Assembly (NCBI GenBank): GCA_016931115.1
Contig: JAFGFM010000149.1
Location: 5,050-69,049, forward strand
Reading direction: 5' to 3'
Length of the DNA stretch: 64,000 nt
DNA from: Deltaproteobacteria bacterium
GTDB taxonomy: Bacteria > Desulfobacterota > DSM-4660 > Desulfatiglandales > HGW-15
The position numbers and the translations under genes are program-made. Of the stretch, positions 18,121 to 27,329 are shown in pieces. The notes beneath the pieces were generated by a model that worked only from the letters and a program-made list of their open reading frames with translations, was not told the DNA's origin and did not search any database. Positions within the stretch are counted from its first letter, which is position 1; every line of letters begins with the position of its first letter.

Positions 18121-19059
18121 ATGAATGATAAAATTCATGCTGTTACCGGTGCCTTTGGCTATTCAGGGAAATACATCGCTAAAAAACTGATTAATGAAGG
18201 GCAGAAAGTAATTACTCTCACAAATTCTCTGGGTCGTAATAATCCTTTTGGAGATAAGATAAAGGTTTATCCATTTAATTTTGATGAACCGGCAAAACTG
18301 GAAGAAACCCTTAAAGGTGTTTCTGTTCTCTATAATACCTACTGGGTCAGGTTCAATCACAAAACCTTTACCCATGCTGATGCTGTGCGTAACACCGAGA
18401 TTATGTTTAATGCTGCTAAAAAAGCAGGGGTAAAAAGAATCGTCCACATAAGCATAACAAACCCGTCACTTGATTCTCCCCTCGAATACTTTAGCGGCAA
18501 GGCCCGCCTGGAAAATTCTTTAATTGAAAGCGGGATCAGTTATGCTATCCTGAGACCAACAGTCCTTTTTGGCAAAGAGGATATATTGATCAATAATATA
18601 GCATGGGGGTTGCGTCACCTCCCTGTATTTGGGGTTTTCGGAGACGGCCAATATAAGATGCAACCCATTTATGTAGAAGACCTTGCTGATCTGGCAATCA
18701 GGTGTGGTAAGGGAGATCAGAGTGTTATAATTGATGCAATAGGACCTGAAACATTTACGTATCGAGAATTGGTAAAGAGGATTGGTGAAATTATAGGAAA
18801 GCAGAGGCCTGTTATATCAGTGCCGCCTGCAATTGGTTACCTTTCAGGCTGGATCATTGGCAAGATTGTAAACGATGTTATGATCACAAAAGAAGAGATA
18901 GAAGGCCTGATGGCAAATCTTCTGTATGTTGATTCTCCCCCAGCAGGCACTACAAGGCTTACAGACTGGGCTAAAAAACATTCTGATACACTGGGATTAA
19001 AATACACAAGCGAACTTGCAAGGAGAAGGGACAGGGGGTCTGCATACAAAAGCAACTGA
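18121..19059 (+). CDS. NAD(P)-binding SDR/NmrA-like epimerase-dehydratase family protein
   Basis: Rossmann motif VTGAFGYSGKYIA. AGGAG SD. Confidence 0.8.
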   Translation: MNDKIHAVTGAFGYSGKYIAKKLINEGQKVITLTNSLGRNNPFGDKIKVYPFNFDEPAKLEETLKGVSVLYNTYWVRFNHKTFTHADAVRNTEIMFNAAKKAGVKRIVHISITNPSLDSPLEYFSGKARLENSLIESGISYAILRPTVLFGKEDILINNIAWGLRHLPVFGVFGDGQYKMQPIYVEDLADLAIRCGKGDQSVIIDAIGPETFTYRELVKRIGEIIGKQRPVISVPPAIGYLSGWIIGKIVNDVMITKEEIEGLMANLLYVDSPPAGTTRLTDWAKKHSDTLGLKYTSELARRRDRGSAYKSN

Positions 19060-19104
19060 TACGCATGTTATATACAGTAAAATAAATGAAGGAAGAATCA
19101 GGCA

Positions 19105-19530
19105 ATGACTATTGAAGATAACAAAAAGATTGTACAGCAATACATTGAGGCGGCAAACACCGGAAAGGTGGATAACCTGGGTGAATATATCTCACCGGAC
19201 TATATTGAAACCCTTGATCCTGAGAGGAAAAAGGTCGGGGTGGAGGGGGCCAGGCAGCATATTACAGGAGTGCGAAAGACCTTTCCTGACCTGCATCTGA
19301 CCATAGAAAAACAGATAGCAGAAGGAGAGTGGGTTGTATCATGCATCACAGCCAGGGCAACACACCTTGGCGGCGAATGGCTCGGTATGAAACCAACCGG
19401 TAAACAGGTTGAGATTACTACTGTTAATGTGGATAGGATTATAAATGGCAAGATAGTGGAGCATGGTGGTGCTGCCAATATGTTTGAGGCATTGCTCGGG
19501 GTAGGAGCTATTAAGGTTGTCTCTGAATGA
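19105..19530 (+). CDS. SnoaL-like / ester-cyclase family protein
   Basis: 141 aa. N-terminal NKKIVQQYIEAANTGKVDNLGEYISPDY, typical of the NTF2-like SnoaL fold. Confidence 0.65.
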   Translation: MTIEDNKKIVQQYIEAANTGKVDNLGEYISPDYIETLDPERKKVGVEGARQHITGVRKTFPDLHLTIEKQIAEGEWVVSCITARATHLGGEWLGMKPTGKQVEITTVNVDRIINGKIVEHGGAANMFEALLGVGAIKVVSE

Positions 19531-19552
19531 ACTTTAACCGCTATTATTAGAT

Positions 19553-20251
19553 ATGAAATTACTGATCACGATAGTTATTCTTACGCTATGTATACAGTCA
19601 AATAGTTTGGCAGATGAATGTGTGATCCTTTTACACGGCCTTGCAAGGAGCAGCAGCTCATTTAACAGGATGGAATCAGTGTTAAAGGATAATGGGTATT
19701 TTACAGTGAATTACAATTATCCTTCCAGAAAATACAGCATTGAAAAGCTGGCAAAAGATTCCATTGATAATGCCCTTGCCCAATGCCCGGCCAATGGCAG
19801 GGTTCATTTTGTAACCCATTCTCTGGGCGGCATCCTTGTCAGGCAATACTTAAGTACCGGGAAAATAAAAAACCTGGGCAAGGTTGTTATGCTCGGGCCG
19901 CCTAATAAAGGCAGTCAGGTGGTTGATAAGCTAAAAAATGTACCCGGGTTTGAGTTTATAAACGGGCCTGCAGGTAGACAACTGGGTACAGACAGCATGG
20001 GTATACCTGCGAGGCTCGGGCCGGCAGAGTTTGAGGTCGGGATAATTGCAGGCACTCGCAGTATAAACCCCATCTTATCATCAATGCTGCCGGATCCTGA
20101 TGATGGCAAGGTGTCTGTTGAAAATACTAAACTCGCTGGTATGGCTGATCACATAACATTACCTGTTTCACACCCCTTTTTAATGAAAAATGATGAGGTG
20201 ATAAAACAGGTTATTTATTTTTTACAAAACGGGAAATTCATTAGGAAATAA
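19553..20251 (+). CDS. Secreted alpha/beta hydrolase (lipase/esterase-like)
   Basis: Signal peptide, LLHGL oxyanion region, and nucleophile elbow THSLGG. Confidence 0.75.
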   Translation: MKLLITIVILTLCIQSNSLADECVILLHGLARSSSSFNRMESVLKDNGYFTVNYNYPSRKYSIEKLAKDSIDNALAQCPANGRVHFVTHSLGGILVRQYLSTGKIKNLGKVVMLGPPNKGSQVVDKLKNVPGFEFINGPAGRQLGTDSMGIPARLGPAEFEVGIIAGTRSINPILSSMLPDPDDGKVSVENTKLAGMADHITLPVSHPFLMKNDEVIKQVIYFLQNGKFIRK

Positions 20252-20271
20252 TAGGCTGGAACCCCGCCCTT

Positions 20272-20427
20272 CTAATAAGAAAATATCTGAAGCCTGGCAA
20301 TCCTTGAAAAATGTGCAGTATTCCTGGTAATAATAGGGATATCATGTGTTATGCATATACCTGCAATAAGGATATCTGAAAAGTAATCAATAATTACATC
20401 GGTATCTGCAATTACGATTTTTTCCAA
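20272..20427 (-). pseudogene. VapC (PIN) toxin remnant with an in-frame internal deletion
   Basis: 51-codon ORF overlapping the antitoxin 3' end by 16 nt. The PIN N-terminus (EKIVIADTDVIIDYFSD) is joined directly to the PIN C-terminus (ILIAGICITHDIPIITRNTAHFSRI). The middle of the domain, estimated at roughly 70-80 residues, is missing. Confidence 0.55.
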
Positions 20428-20672
20428 TTTTTTCTCAGCTCTTTAATATTTGCTTTTATTTCCTCTGCTTCGTTTCTCCAACTCCCTTTCATGGCAAGAA
20501 TATTATTTTTAAGTTCGATGTTTTTTCCCTGTTCTTTAATGTAATGCTCCAGTGCATCTTCAATAATTTTTGAATACCCTCGCAGACCTTTTTGGGCAGC
20601 AATAGAGAGCAGTGAACTCCGATGGTTATCCGATATTTCAATTGTTGTTCGTATAAAATACCTCCATATCAT
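20412..20672 (-). CDS. VapB-type (RHH-like) antitoxin
   Basis: RTTIEISDNHRSSLLSIAAQKGLRGYSKIIEDALEHYI, and its position directly upstream of the PIN remnant. Confidence 0.6.
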   Translation of the reverse strand: MIWRYFIRTTIEISDNHRSSLLSIAAQKGLRGYSKIIEDALEHYIKEQGKNIELKNNILAMKGSWRNEAEEIKANIKELRKNWKKS

Positions 20673-20874
20673 TCAAGTACTCTAGTATTTAAATGCCTGG
20701 AAGTCAAATCTGGGTTAGTATTGAATGTTCTAGCAAAAGTACTTTGCCTTTTACTCTAGTTATTATGTCCTTCAAAGAAAGGCGTCCCGTTTAGCTCTTC
20801 TAGTTTTTCTGCTATTCTGATTTTATCATAATCAAAAGCTATCCGAAAATTTCACCCCTTTCAATACTCTTGGT

Positions 20875-20944
20875 GCTTTGAGCTTTGAGCTTTGAGCTTT
20901 GAGCTTTCAGCTTTGAGCTTTCAGCTTTGAGCTTTAAGCTTTCA
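20875..20944 (-). repeat. Ten tandem heptamers, GCTTTGA on + (GCUCAAA in the sense of the upstream minus-strand gene)
   Basis: GCTTTGA x4, GCTTTCA, GCTTTGA, GCTTTCA, GCTTTGA, GCTTTAA, GCTTTCA. The last unit contains the TGA stop (20942..20944) of the adjacent gene. Confidence 0.9.
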
Positions 20945-21358
20945 CTCCTCCCTGTCATAATGGGAAGTGAGCATCACCTCAACCCATGTAACAGGTTTAC
21001 CAACCCTTTTGAAAACAAGCGGGCAGTGTGATAATCCAGCCGGAACAGTTACTATTGAAGGTTTATTAATTATCTGGGGTTCCCCTTCCATATAAAAAAC
21101 AATATCCGCATCAAAATCATATTTATCTTTTGGGTTACTACCGAAAAAACACATCACATGCGGGAAGTCGTGTACATGAGGCGCCCTTTCATCCCCTTCC
21201 GGGTCTGCCTCTGTTATGACAGAGTATAAAATCTGGCAGTCAACCCCGAGTTTATCAGGGCTCGCAAGGAATCCCTCAAATATCTCCCCGGTGTGCAGTT
21301 TACCTTTTGGTGTCTCAAGTATGTATTTTCTGTATTTTGATTCAGCCATTCTATTCAA
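20942..21358 (-). CDS. Hypothetical protein, possibly cupin-fold
   Basis: 138 aa. APHVHDFPHVMCFFG ... VPAGLSHCP resembles two-His cupin motifs. No firm family call. Confidence 0.45.
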   Translation of the reverse strand: MNRMAESKYRKYILETPKGKLHTGEIFEGFLASPDKLGVDCQILYSVITEADPEGDERAPHVHDFPHVMCFFGSNPKDKYDFDADIVFYMEGEPQIINKPSIVTVPAGLSHCPLVFKRVGKPVTWVEVMLTSHYDREE

Positions 21359-21409
21359 TCCTCCCTTTGCTATTGTTGATGATAACCTGCTTAAACATAA
21401 GATATATTT

Positions 21410-22774
21410 CTACAATATTTCATCAATCAGTTCACTGACACGACCTGTAAAATATAAAGGGATTGAAAGCAGGCGATATTTTACAGGTTGCCCTGAAGTT
21501 GTTTTCAGATCAACATCTTCAACCCTTGGAGTATTAGAATCTATTCGTACAGCAAGCTCCAATTTTTTTTCCGCCATGAATTGATGAAGTGATTTCATCC
21601 CTCCTGCTGTTCCTGATTTGACTTCTACAGGAATGATTTTATCAGCATGTTGAATAATATAATCTATTTCACCGAGTCTTCCCCCTGTCCTCTGCCAGTA
21701 AAAAAGTTGAGGATCAGTTGAAACTGCCTGGACAGACCTCAATTGCTGTCCGACAAACTGCTCAGCTATCCCGCCCTTATTGGTGAAAATTAATTCCTTT
21801 GTCTTTGTCGGTTTTACCGATGATAAGCCAAGTTGCGCAGAAATTAGGCCGACATCAAGCATGAGCGCCTTGAAAAATTTTTCATTGGATTGAGCGCCCA
21901 GAGGAAGTCCGTTCCCGCTAGTGTGTGCAATCAGAGAACAGACCCTTGCCTGAAATAATAATGTCAGAGACTTTTTAATAGCATGTGCCTGTATACCCGG
22001 ATCAACACGGCTGTAAATAAACTTAGTCCCAAGCTGCTGCGCCACAGAAAGCATTATTTTATTTAGAAGCCTGGCGTCAATGTCCCCGCCAAATTTATAA
22101 AAATCATCCCTGTATGTAGAGAGTAGATCGTGCAGTACCTTGATACATGCCTGCAAATCGTTTGTATCTATCCAGGTTTTAACAGCCTCAGGCATACCTC
22201 CTGTAAGGCAATACTGATGATACAGCCCCATACACTTTTCATGGATTGATTGAGGTATCGTGCTTTTAACCTCAAATTCAATGATTCTCTGATAAAGCTG
22301 CTCATTTCCTGAAGCAAGAATAAATTCAAAAAAAGACATTGGTTCAAGATACAGATATGTAATACGGCCCACAGGCATACTGTACCTGGATTTTGATAAC
22401 GCAAATTCAAGCAGTGATCCGGCAGCAATAATTGGAAGCTCTGGCTTATCTTCCTTAAACCAGCGTAGTTTTGCAAATAGCTCAGGGGCAGCCTGAATTT
22501 CATCGAGAAAAAGGCAGGAAGACCCTGGATCAATCTTTATACCAAGATCAGCCTCTATATTTTTAAGAGTTTCCAGCGGGTCATCAGGTGAAAAAAGATC
22601 GGCTTTGCCTGGAAATTTTTCAAGATTCAATTCGATTAAGCGAAGGTTATTATGTTCTGCAAAAGCACGTACAAGCCATGTCTTTCCGGTCTGACGCGCT
22701 CCACGAATAACCAGGGGTTTCCGGTTGTGACTCCCAAGCCATGCATTAAGTATAGTTGATGCAAAACGATCCAT
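21410..22774 (-). CDS. AAA+ ATPase with DUF4143-type C-terminal domain
   Basis: Walker A GARQTGKTW, Walker B CLFLDEIQ, and length and architecture typical of the AAA_14/DUF4143 family. Confidence 0.75.
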   Translation of the reverse strand: MDRFASTILNAWLGSHNRKPLVIRGARQTGKTWLVRAFAEHNNLRLIELNLEKFPGKADLFSPDDPLETLKNIEADLGIKIDPGSSCLFLDEIQAAPELFAKLRWFKEDKPELPIIAAGSLLEFALSKSRYSMPVGRITYLYLEPMSFFEFILASGNEQLYQRIIEFEVKSTIPQSIHEKCMGLYHQYCLTGGMPEAVKTWIDTNDLQACIKVLHDLLSTYRDDFYKFGGDIDARLLNKIMLSVAQQLGTKFIYSRVDPGIQAHAIKKSLTLLFQARVCSLIAHTSGNGLPLGAQSNEKFFKALMLDVGLISAQLGLSSVKPTKTKELIFTNKGGIAEQFVGQQLRSVQAVSTDPQLFYWQRTGGRLGEIDYIIQHADKIIPVEVKSGTAGGMKSLHQFMAEKKLELAVRIDSNTPRVEDVDLKTTSGQPVKYRLLSIPLYFTGRVSELIDEIL

Positions 22775-22884
22775 GCTTTATTTTATATACCTTAATTTAA
22801 TATCAGCAAAATAACTATGTCGATCTATTATGAAAATAACAATAAAACAACGCGTTGATTTTGTCAATTATATATATTTTAACG

Positions 22885-23334
22885 CTATGAATTGGTAGTC
22901 ATACGAGCAGATTTCCGGGCCTTTGCTTTTCTATTTACATAAAAGATAAGTATCCTTATGAGGGCAAACCCCGCAATAAAGGGAATAAAGAACAGGACAG
23001 GGTTTTTTGTGCGCATATAGACAATCCCGCCAATCAGAAAAGCAGCGCCTATAATCACTGACCCTATATAATCATAAACCTTAAAATCAAAATCACCCGG
23101 CTTTTTTACAAAGGATATAAAACGCATGATTCGAAAGCGTCTTGAAATCAATATAATCAGGGCTCCTATAAGGGTGGAAACAAGGGATATGACCTTTACA
23201 TGTTCAAACCTTGCCTCAAGTATCATGGGGAATAGTATCCCCACAATACCTACAAAAATAATAAGCACTATTATTATGCTGATTAAAAAACTTATGATCT
23301 TCCGCACTATGGGATGTTCAAAGATGTTCTTCAT
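22885..23334 (-). CDS. Hypothetical membrane protein (4 TM)
   Basis: 149 aa, strongly hydrophobic segments, basic C-terminal tail. Confidence 0.45.
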   Translation of the reverse strand: MKNIFEHPIVRKIISFLISIIIVLIIFVGIVGILFPMILEARFEHVKVISLVSTLIGALIILISRRFRIMRFISFVKKPGDFDFKVYDYIGSVIIGAAFLIGGIVYMRTKNPVLFFIPFIAGFALIRILIFYVNRKAKARKSARMTTNS

Positions 23335-23446
23335 AATGAATGGTCTTTTATTATTAGTGAGTATTTAACATACATTTACAAGCAAACAATAGTTACGCAT
23401 TATCAAAAAGTATCACCCCTGTGTCAACAGCTTTTAACTTACCTTT

Positions 23447-24673
23447 TTAAATCATGTTCTTTGGAATCTTGCACCTTTTTTTTGCATACAGCCAGAACAG
23501 GCTGCTTAAAATACCTAAGATTACGTTAATGGCGCCAAGAACTACAATCCGGTTACTCCAGTCCATTGAAATAATCACAAGGCCAATGCTACCGAATGTC
23601 CCCATAAAACAAAACATCAGAGATGATGCCGAACCAGTGTTTTTGTCCTGCTGTTCAATCATTATATTCATGGATGGTGGCCTTTGCAGCGCGAATGCTG
23701 CACTGCCTACAGCTATGGACGCAAGAAAAAGAGCAGGGTGTAATTCACCAATAAAAATAGTGAGGATACCGCTTACGATGCTTAGAACAAAGCTTAATGT
23801 TATAAGCTTAATTGGTTTGATAATTTGCGAGATACGTATGTATGCAATAGCAGCAAGGACACTTAAGGCGGCATTTGCTGCAAAATAATAGCTGTATGCC
23901 TGCTCGCTAAGGCCAAAAGTATTTTGAAAAATAAATGATGAAATGCCGACAAAGGCCATCATACCCAGGGGAGCAAGGGCAAATAGTACTACAAGTCTTG
24001 CAAAGGAGGGGTTGAAAAGCACAACAAAGAGTTTTCCCATTGAACCAACTATACTGTCTTTCGAAAGATCATGATTGGTCTCTTTGTAGAAGAAGGCAAA
24101 CACCAGGGTAATAACCCCCAGTAAGGTAAGGACGAAAAAGGCGCCTCTCCATGAGGTAAAAGCGAGTATCCATGCACCTAATATAGGCGCTGTCACAGGC
24201 ACAAAACCGGTTAATGCACCGATAATAGCAAATGCCTTTTCCTTTTTTTCAGGCTCAAAGAAATCCTTGATAATAGCTGAAGAGACCGCCATGCCTCCTG
24301 CGCAGCCTATTGCCTGAAACAGCCTTGAGACAATTAGAAAATATATGTTTATACTGATTGCACAGGAAATACTTGCAAAAATATAAAGCGTCAGAGATAC
24401 CATAATAACAGGTTTACGCCCGAATTTGTCTGACAGAGAACCAAAAACCAGCCCGCTGATACTGATGATAAAAAAGAAACCGGACATTGTGAGGTTAACC
24501 AGCTCAATGGTAGTGTTTAGCTGTTCCTTTATTGAAGGAAGCGCAGGCATATACATGTCTGTGGCCATCATGGGAAAGGCTGTGAGTATAGAGACAAACA
24601 CCATCATGACCCCTACACTCAGCTGTCTTGAATTATTCCTATTATGATTAATAGATATATATTCATTACTCAT
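23447..24673 (-). CDS. MFS transporter, Bcr/CflA drug-efflux subfamily
   Basis: 12-TM pattern and the GSLSDKFGRKP loop motif. ATG 24673 has a GGAG 7 nt upstream; the track start at 24694 does not. Confidence 0.85.
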   Translation of the reverse strand: MSNEYISINHNRNNSRQLSVGVMMVFVSILTAFPMMATDMYMPALPSIKEQLNTTIELVNLTMSGFFFIISISGLVFGSLSDKFGRKPVIMVSLTLYIFASISCAISINIYFLIVSRLFQAIGCAGGMAVSSAIIKDFFEPEKKEKAFAIIGALTGFVPVTAPILGAWILAFTSWRGAFFVLTLLGVITLVFAFFYKETNHDLSKDSIVGSMGKLFVVLFNPSFARLVVLFALAPLGMMAFVGISSFIFQNTFGLSEQAYSYYFAANAALSVLAAIAYIRISQIIKPIKLITLSFVLSIVSGILTIFIGELHPALFLASIAVGSAAFALQRPPSMNIMIEQQDKNTGSASSLMFCFMGTFGSIGLVIISMDWSNRIVVLGAINVILGILSSLFWLYAKKRCKIPKNMI

Positions 24674-25031
24674 ATTTGACTCCGAAAAAAACAAACCGAC
24701 CTGTTGTTAAAAGTGCTGCCGGAGTATCTGTATTTATTTTTTTGATAATGCATTAACAGCTGGTTAGCATAAAAATAAAGATGTAAAACAAAAACTCTTA
24801 ATATGGGAACACCCTTTATAGAAAAGATATTCTTTATCGGCTGTTATTAGCTCTAAATTATTAATAAAACTCAAAATACCGGGAAGGAGTATATGTGATA
24901 CACTGAAAAGTGTCAATAACGAAGAGAGTTTTAGTCTGAATTTAAAAATGAGAAATGGACAAAATAAAGCTTATAAACTATTATCCTTATCATTTGACCC
25001 GATTAAACAATCTATAAAATGGAGGCATATC

Positions 25032-25772
25032 ATGAAAAATACCATTAAAATATTAACCCTTATATTGTTTCTTTTGTTACCAGTAAACACCTTTGCACAG
25101 GGAGGATTTGAGATGGATACAATAAAGACTTCACAGGGAAATCTGGAGATCACATTTATCGGTCACGGCACACTCATGTTTTCATTCAATGGCAAGATCA
25201 TTCATGTAGACCCCTGGACCAGTTTCACCGATTACAAAGATATGCCCAAGGCCGATATAATCCTTGTTACACATGAGCACTTTGACCACCTTGATAAAAA
25301 GGCCATAGATACCCTTAAAAAGGATGGGACAGAGATCATTTCAAATGAGGCAGGCATTAAACAGATCGGTGAAGGTACTGTTATGAAAAACGGGGATACA
25401 AAGAGCCTGGCTGGTTTTAAGATAGAGGCGGTACCTGCCTATAATATAGTGCATAAAAGGGATGCAAATAATCCCTTTCATCCAAAGGGGGTAGGCAATG
25501 GTTATATAATTATATTTGGTGATAAAAGGGTATATGTGGCAGGGGATACTGAAAACACGCCTGAAATGAAGACAATAAAGGGGGTTGATATTGCATTCCT
25601 GCCCATGAACCTCCCCTATACGATGACCCCTGAAATGGTGGCAGATGCTGCAAAGGTGTTAAAACCCGCTATCCTCTATCCATATCATTATGGAGAAACA
25701 GACACCTCAAAGCTCGTTGATCTATTAAAGGATGAAAAGGGTATAGAGGTGAGGATAAGGAAGATGAAATAA
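25032..25772 (+). CDS. Secreted MBL-fold metallo-hydrolase
   Basis: THEHFDH metal motif. Signal peptide from ATG 25032, which is preceded by GGAGG. The track start at 24948 adds 28 non-signal residues. Confidence 0.8.
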   Translation: MKNTIKILTLILFLLLPVNTFAQGGFEMDTIKTSQGNLEITFIGHGTLMFSFNGKIIHVDPWTSFTDYKDMPKADIILVTHEHFDHLDKKAIDTLKKDGTEIISNEAGIKQIGEGTVMKNGDTKSLAGFKIEAVPAYNIVHKRDANNPFHPKGVGNGYIIIFGDKRVYVAGDTENTPEMKTIKGVDIAFLPMNLPYTMTPEMVADAAKVLKPAILYPYHYGETDTSKLVDLLKDEKGIEVRIRKMK

Positions 25773-25816
25773 AAGCAGGGCGTATCCGCCTTCGCTAAAA
25801 GCTACGGCAGGACAGG

Positions 25817-25879
25817 GGGCGCAGGGTTCAGGGCGCAGGGAAAGACCTTGAACCTTGTGCCCTGCGCCTTGAGCCCGAA
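25817..25879. repeat. Heptad array containing its own inverted copy (12-bp stem)
   Basis: GGGCGCA GGGTTCA GGGCGCA GGGAAAG ACCTTGA ACCTTGT GCCCTGC GCCTTGA GCCCGAA. 25829..25840 pairs with 25860..25871. Sits between convergent genes. Confidence 0.75.
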
Positions 25880-25893
25880 AAACAATCAGTCAG

Positions 25894-26889
25894 TTAAGCA
25901 GGAGTGAATCCTCCATTAAGTCTAAACTCCTCTTTACCTAATATATCATGCAGGTGCAGGATGCCCCTGAGTCGCTTTTCATCATCGATTATTACAAGGT
26001 GTGTTATCTGATAAAGCTCCATTATGCTTAAAGCCTCTGCTGCTGATATGTTTTCATCAATCGCCCTCGGCGAGGGGGTCATGACCTCATCTACAACAAG
26101 AGAATAGATGTTTTCCTGCCTCATGAGGGCCCTTCTCAAATCACCATCAGTCAGTATCCCTGCAACACGCATTTCTTCATCCACAACCACTGTAACACCG
26201 ATATTCTTTGAATCTATCTCAACAATGGCATCATAAACTGATGTCCCTGTTTTTACTGTTGGCACACTATCCCCGGTAAACATGACCTCTTTAACCTTTG
26301 TACCCAGCCTTTCACCAAGGGTGCCTCCAGGATGAAACCTTTTAAAATCCTTTTGCCCGAACCTCCTCATTTTCATGAGGACAACGGCCATGGCGTCCCC
26401 CATAGCAACAGCGGCGGTTGTGCTTGTTGTAGGCGCCATTGTCTCAGGGCATGCCTCCCTTGAAACCTTTACGTCAATAACAACATCGCTCATACGGGCC
26501 ATTGGCGATTCAGTATCGCCTGTAAGGGATATTATTCTTGCGCCCATATCCTTTTTTATCATGGGCAGGATCTTGTTTATCTCATGGGTATGCCCACTGT
26601 TTGATATTGCAAGCACAACATCATCCCTTGTTACCATACCCAGATCACCATGAAGTGCCTCTGCCGGGTGCATAAAAATGGAGGGGGTCCCGGTGCTGCT
26701 CAGGGTAGATGATATCTTTCTGCCAACAAGCCCTGACTTACCAATACCGGTAATTATTACCCTTCCCTTTGACTTCACCATTAACTGTACAGCCTTTTCA
26801 AACTCAGGACCGACCTTGTCTATCAGATCAAGTATACCCTGCGCCTCTATTTTCAGCACATCTTTTGCCTGTTCTATTATTGTATCCAT
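25894..26889 (-). CDS. kdsD: Arabinose-5-phosphate isomerase (KpsF/GutQ family: SIS plus two CBS domains)
   Basis: SIS motif VIITGIGKSG and a C-terminal CBS pair. Confidence 0.85.
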   Translation of the reverse strand: MDTIIEQAKDVLKIEAQGILDLIDKVGPEFEKAVQLMVKSKGRVIITGIGKSGLVGRKISSTLSSTGTPSIFMHPAEALHGDLGMVTRDDVVLAISNSGHTHEINKILPMIKKDMGARIISLTGDTESPMARMSDVVIDVKVSREACPETMAPTTSTTAAVAMGDAMAVVLMKMRRFGQKDFKRFHPGGTLGERLGTKVKEVMFTGDSVPTVKTGTSVYDAIVEIDSKNIGVTVVVDEEMRVAGILTDGDLRRALMRQENIYSLVVDEVMTPSPRAIDENISAAEALSIMELYQITHLVIIDDEKRLRGILHLHDILGKEEFRLNGGFTPA

Positions 26890-27018
26890 CTTTTCCTTCT
26901 AAAAAATACTCCGTTTTCAATAGGTTACCTCAATTGTAACCAGGATGAAATCTTTATCATGATAACAGATGCTTCACAAGGATTAATTTGAAGGGGTAGT
27001 TCACTAACAAGAACACCA

Positions 27019-27038
27019 GTAGAGAGGCATGCCTCTAC
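27019..27038. repeat. Short copy of the GTAGAG...GCATGC...CTCTAC palindromic element
   Basis: GTAGAGAGGCATGCCTCTAC. Confidence 0.6.
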
Positions 27039-27197
27039 AAGGTGGTAAAAAACCCCTGCCAAAAGATATTCAATTACATCGAAATTGCAGTATTACACTG
27101 TATGTTGACGTGTAGGTGTGGATTTTATCTTTTCCCCAAATAAACAATGTGTTATTCATCTACCGGATTGAATTAAATTCATCACCTGGAGGGATAC

Positions 27198-27329
27198 ATG
27201 GTCAGCAAGAGTTATCTGGATGGATTTATTCCCACCGGAGTAAAGCAAAATGAATGTATGAAATGCGGTAGATGCCTTCAAAAATGTCCGGTTATGAAAA
27301 TGGAGCATGAAGATGTAGCAGATCATTGA
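27198..27329 (+). pseudogene. Fragment of a 4Fe-4S cluster protein
   Basis: 43-codon ORF with CMKCGRCLQKCP (CxxCxxCxxxCP). It ends abruptly, and a further CHGC-containing piece follows in another frame. Confidence 0.3.

Noticed and set aside
20875-20944. Tandem repeat arrays (here and at 15.7, 25.8, 36.5, 37.1, 39.1, 53.6 and 57.0 kb) as CRISPR arrays.
   Set aside because: The period is 7 bp with no unique spacers, and no cas genes are present. These are simple-sequence heptad arrays.
24948-25031. Long 5' extensions of track ORFs: 24948 for the MBL gene, 40350 for bglX, 56603 for the MIF gene, 60793 for the methyltransferase, and 24694 for the MFS gene.
   Set aside because: Internal ATGs have proper SD sequences and produce canonical N-termini (a signal peptide, Pro-1, or motif I spacing). 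The extensions use TTG/GTG codons or lack an SD.
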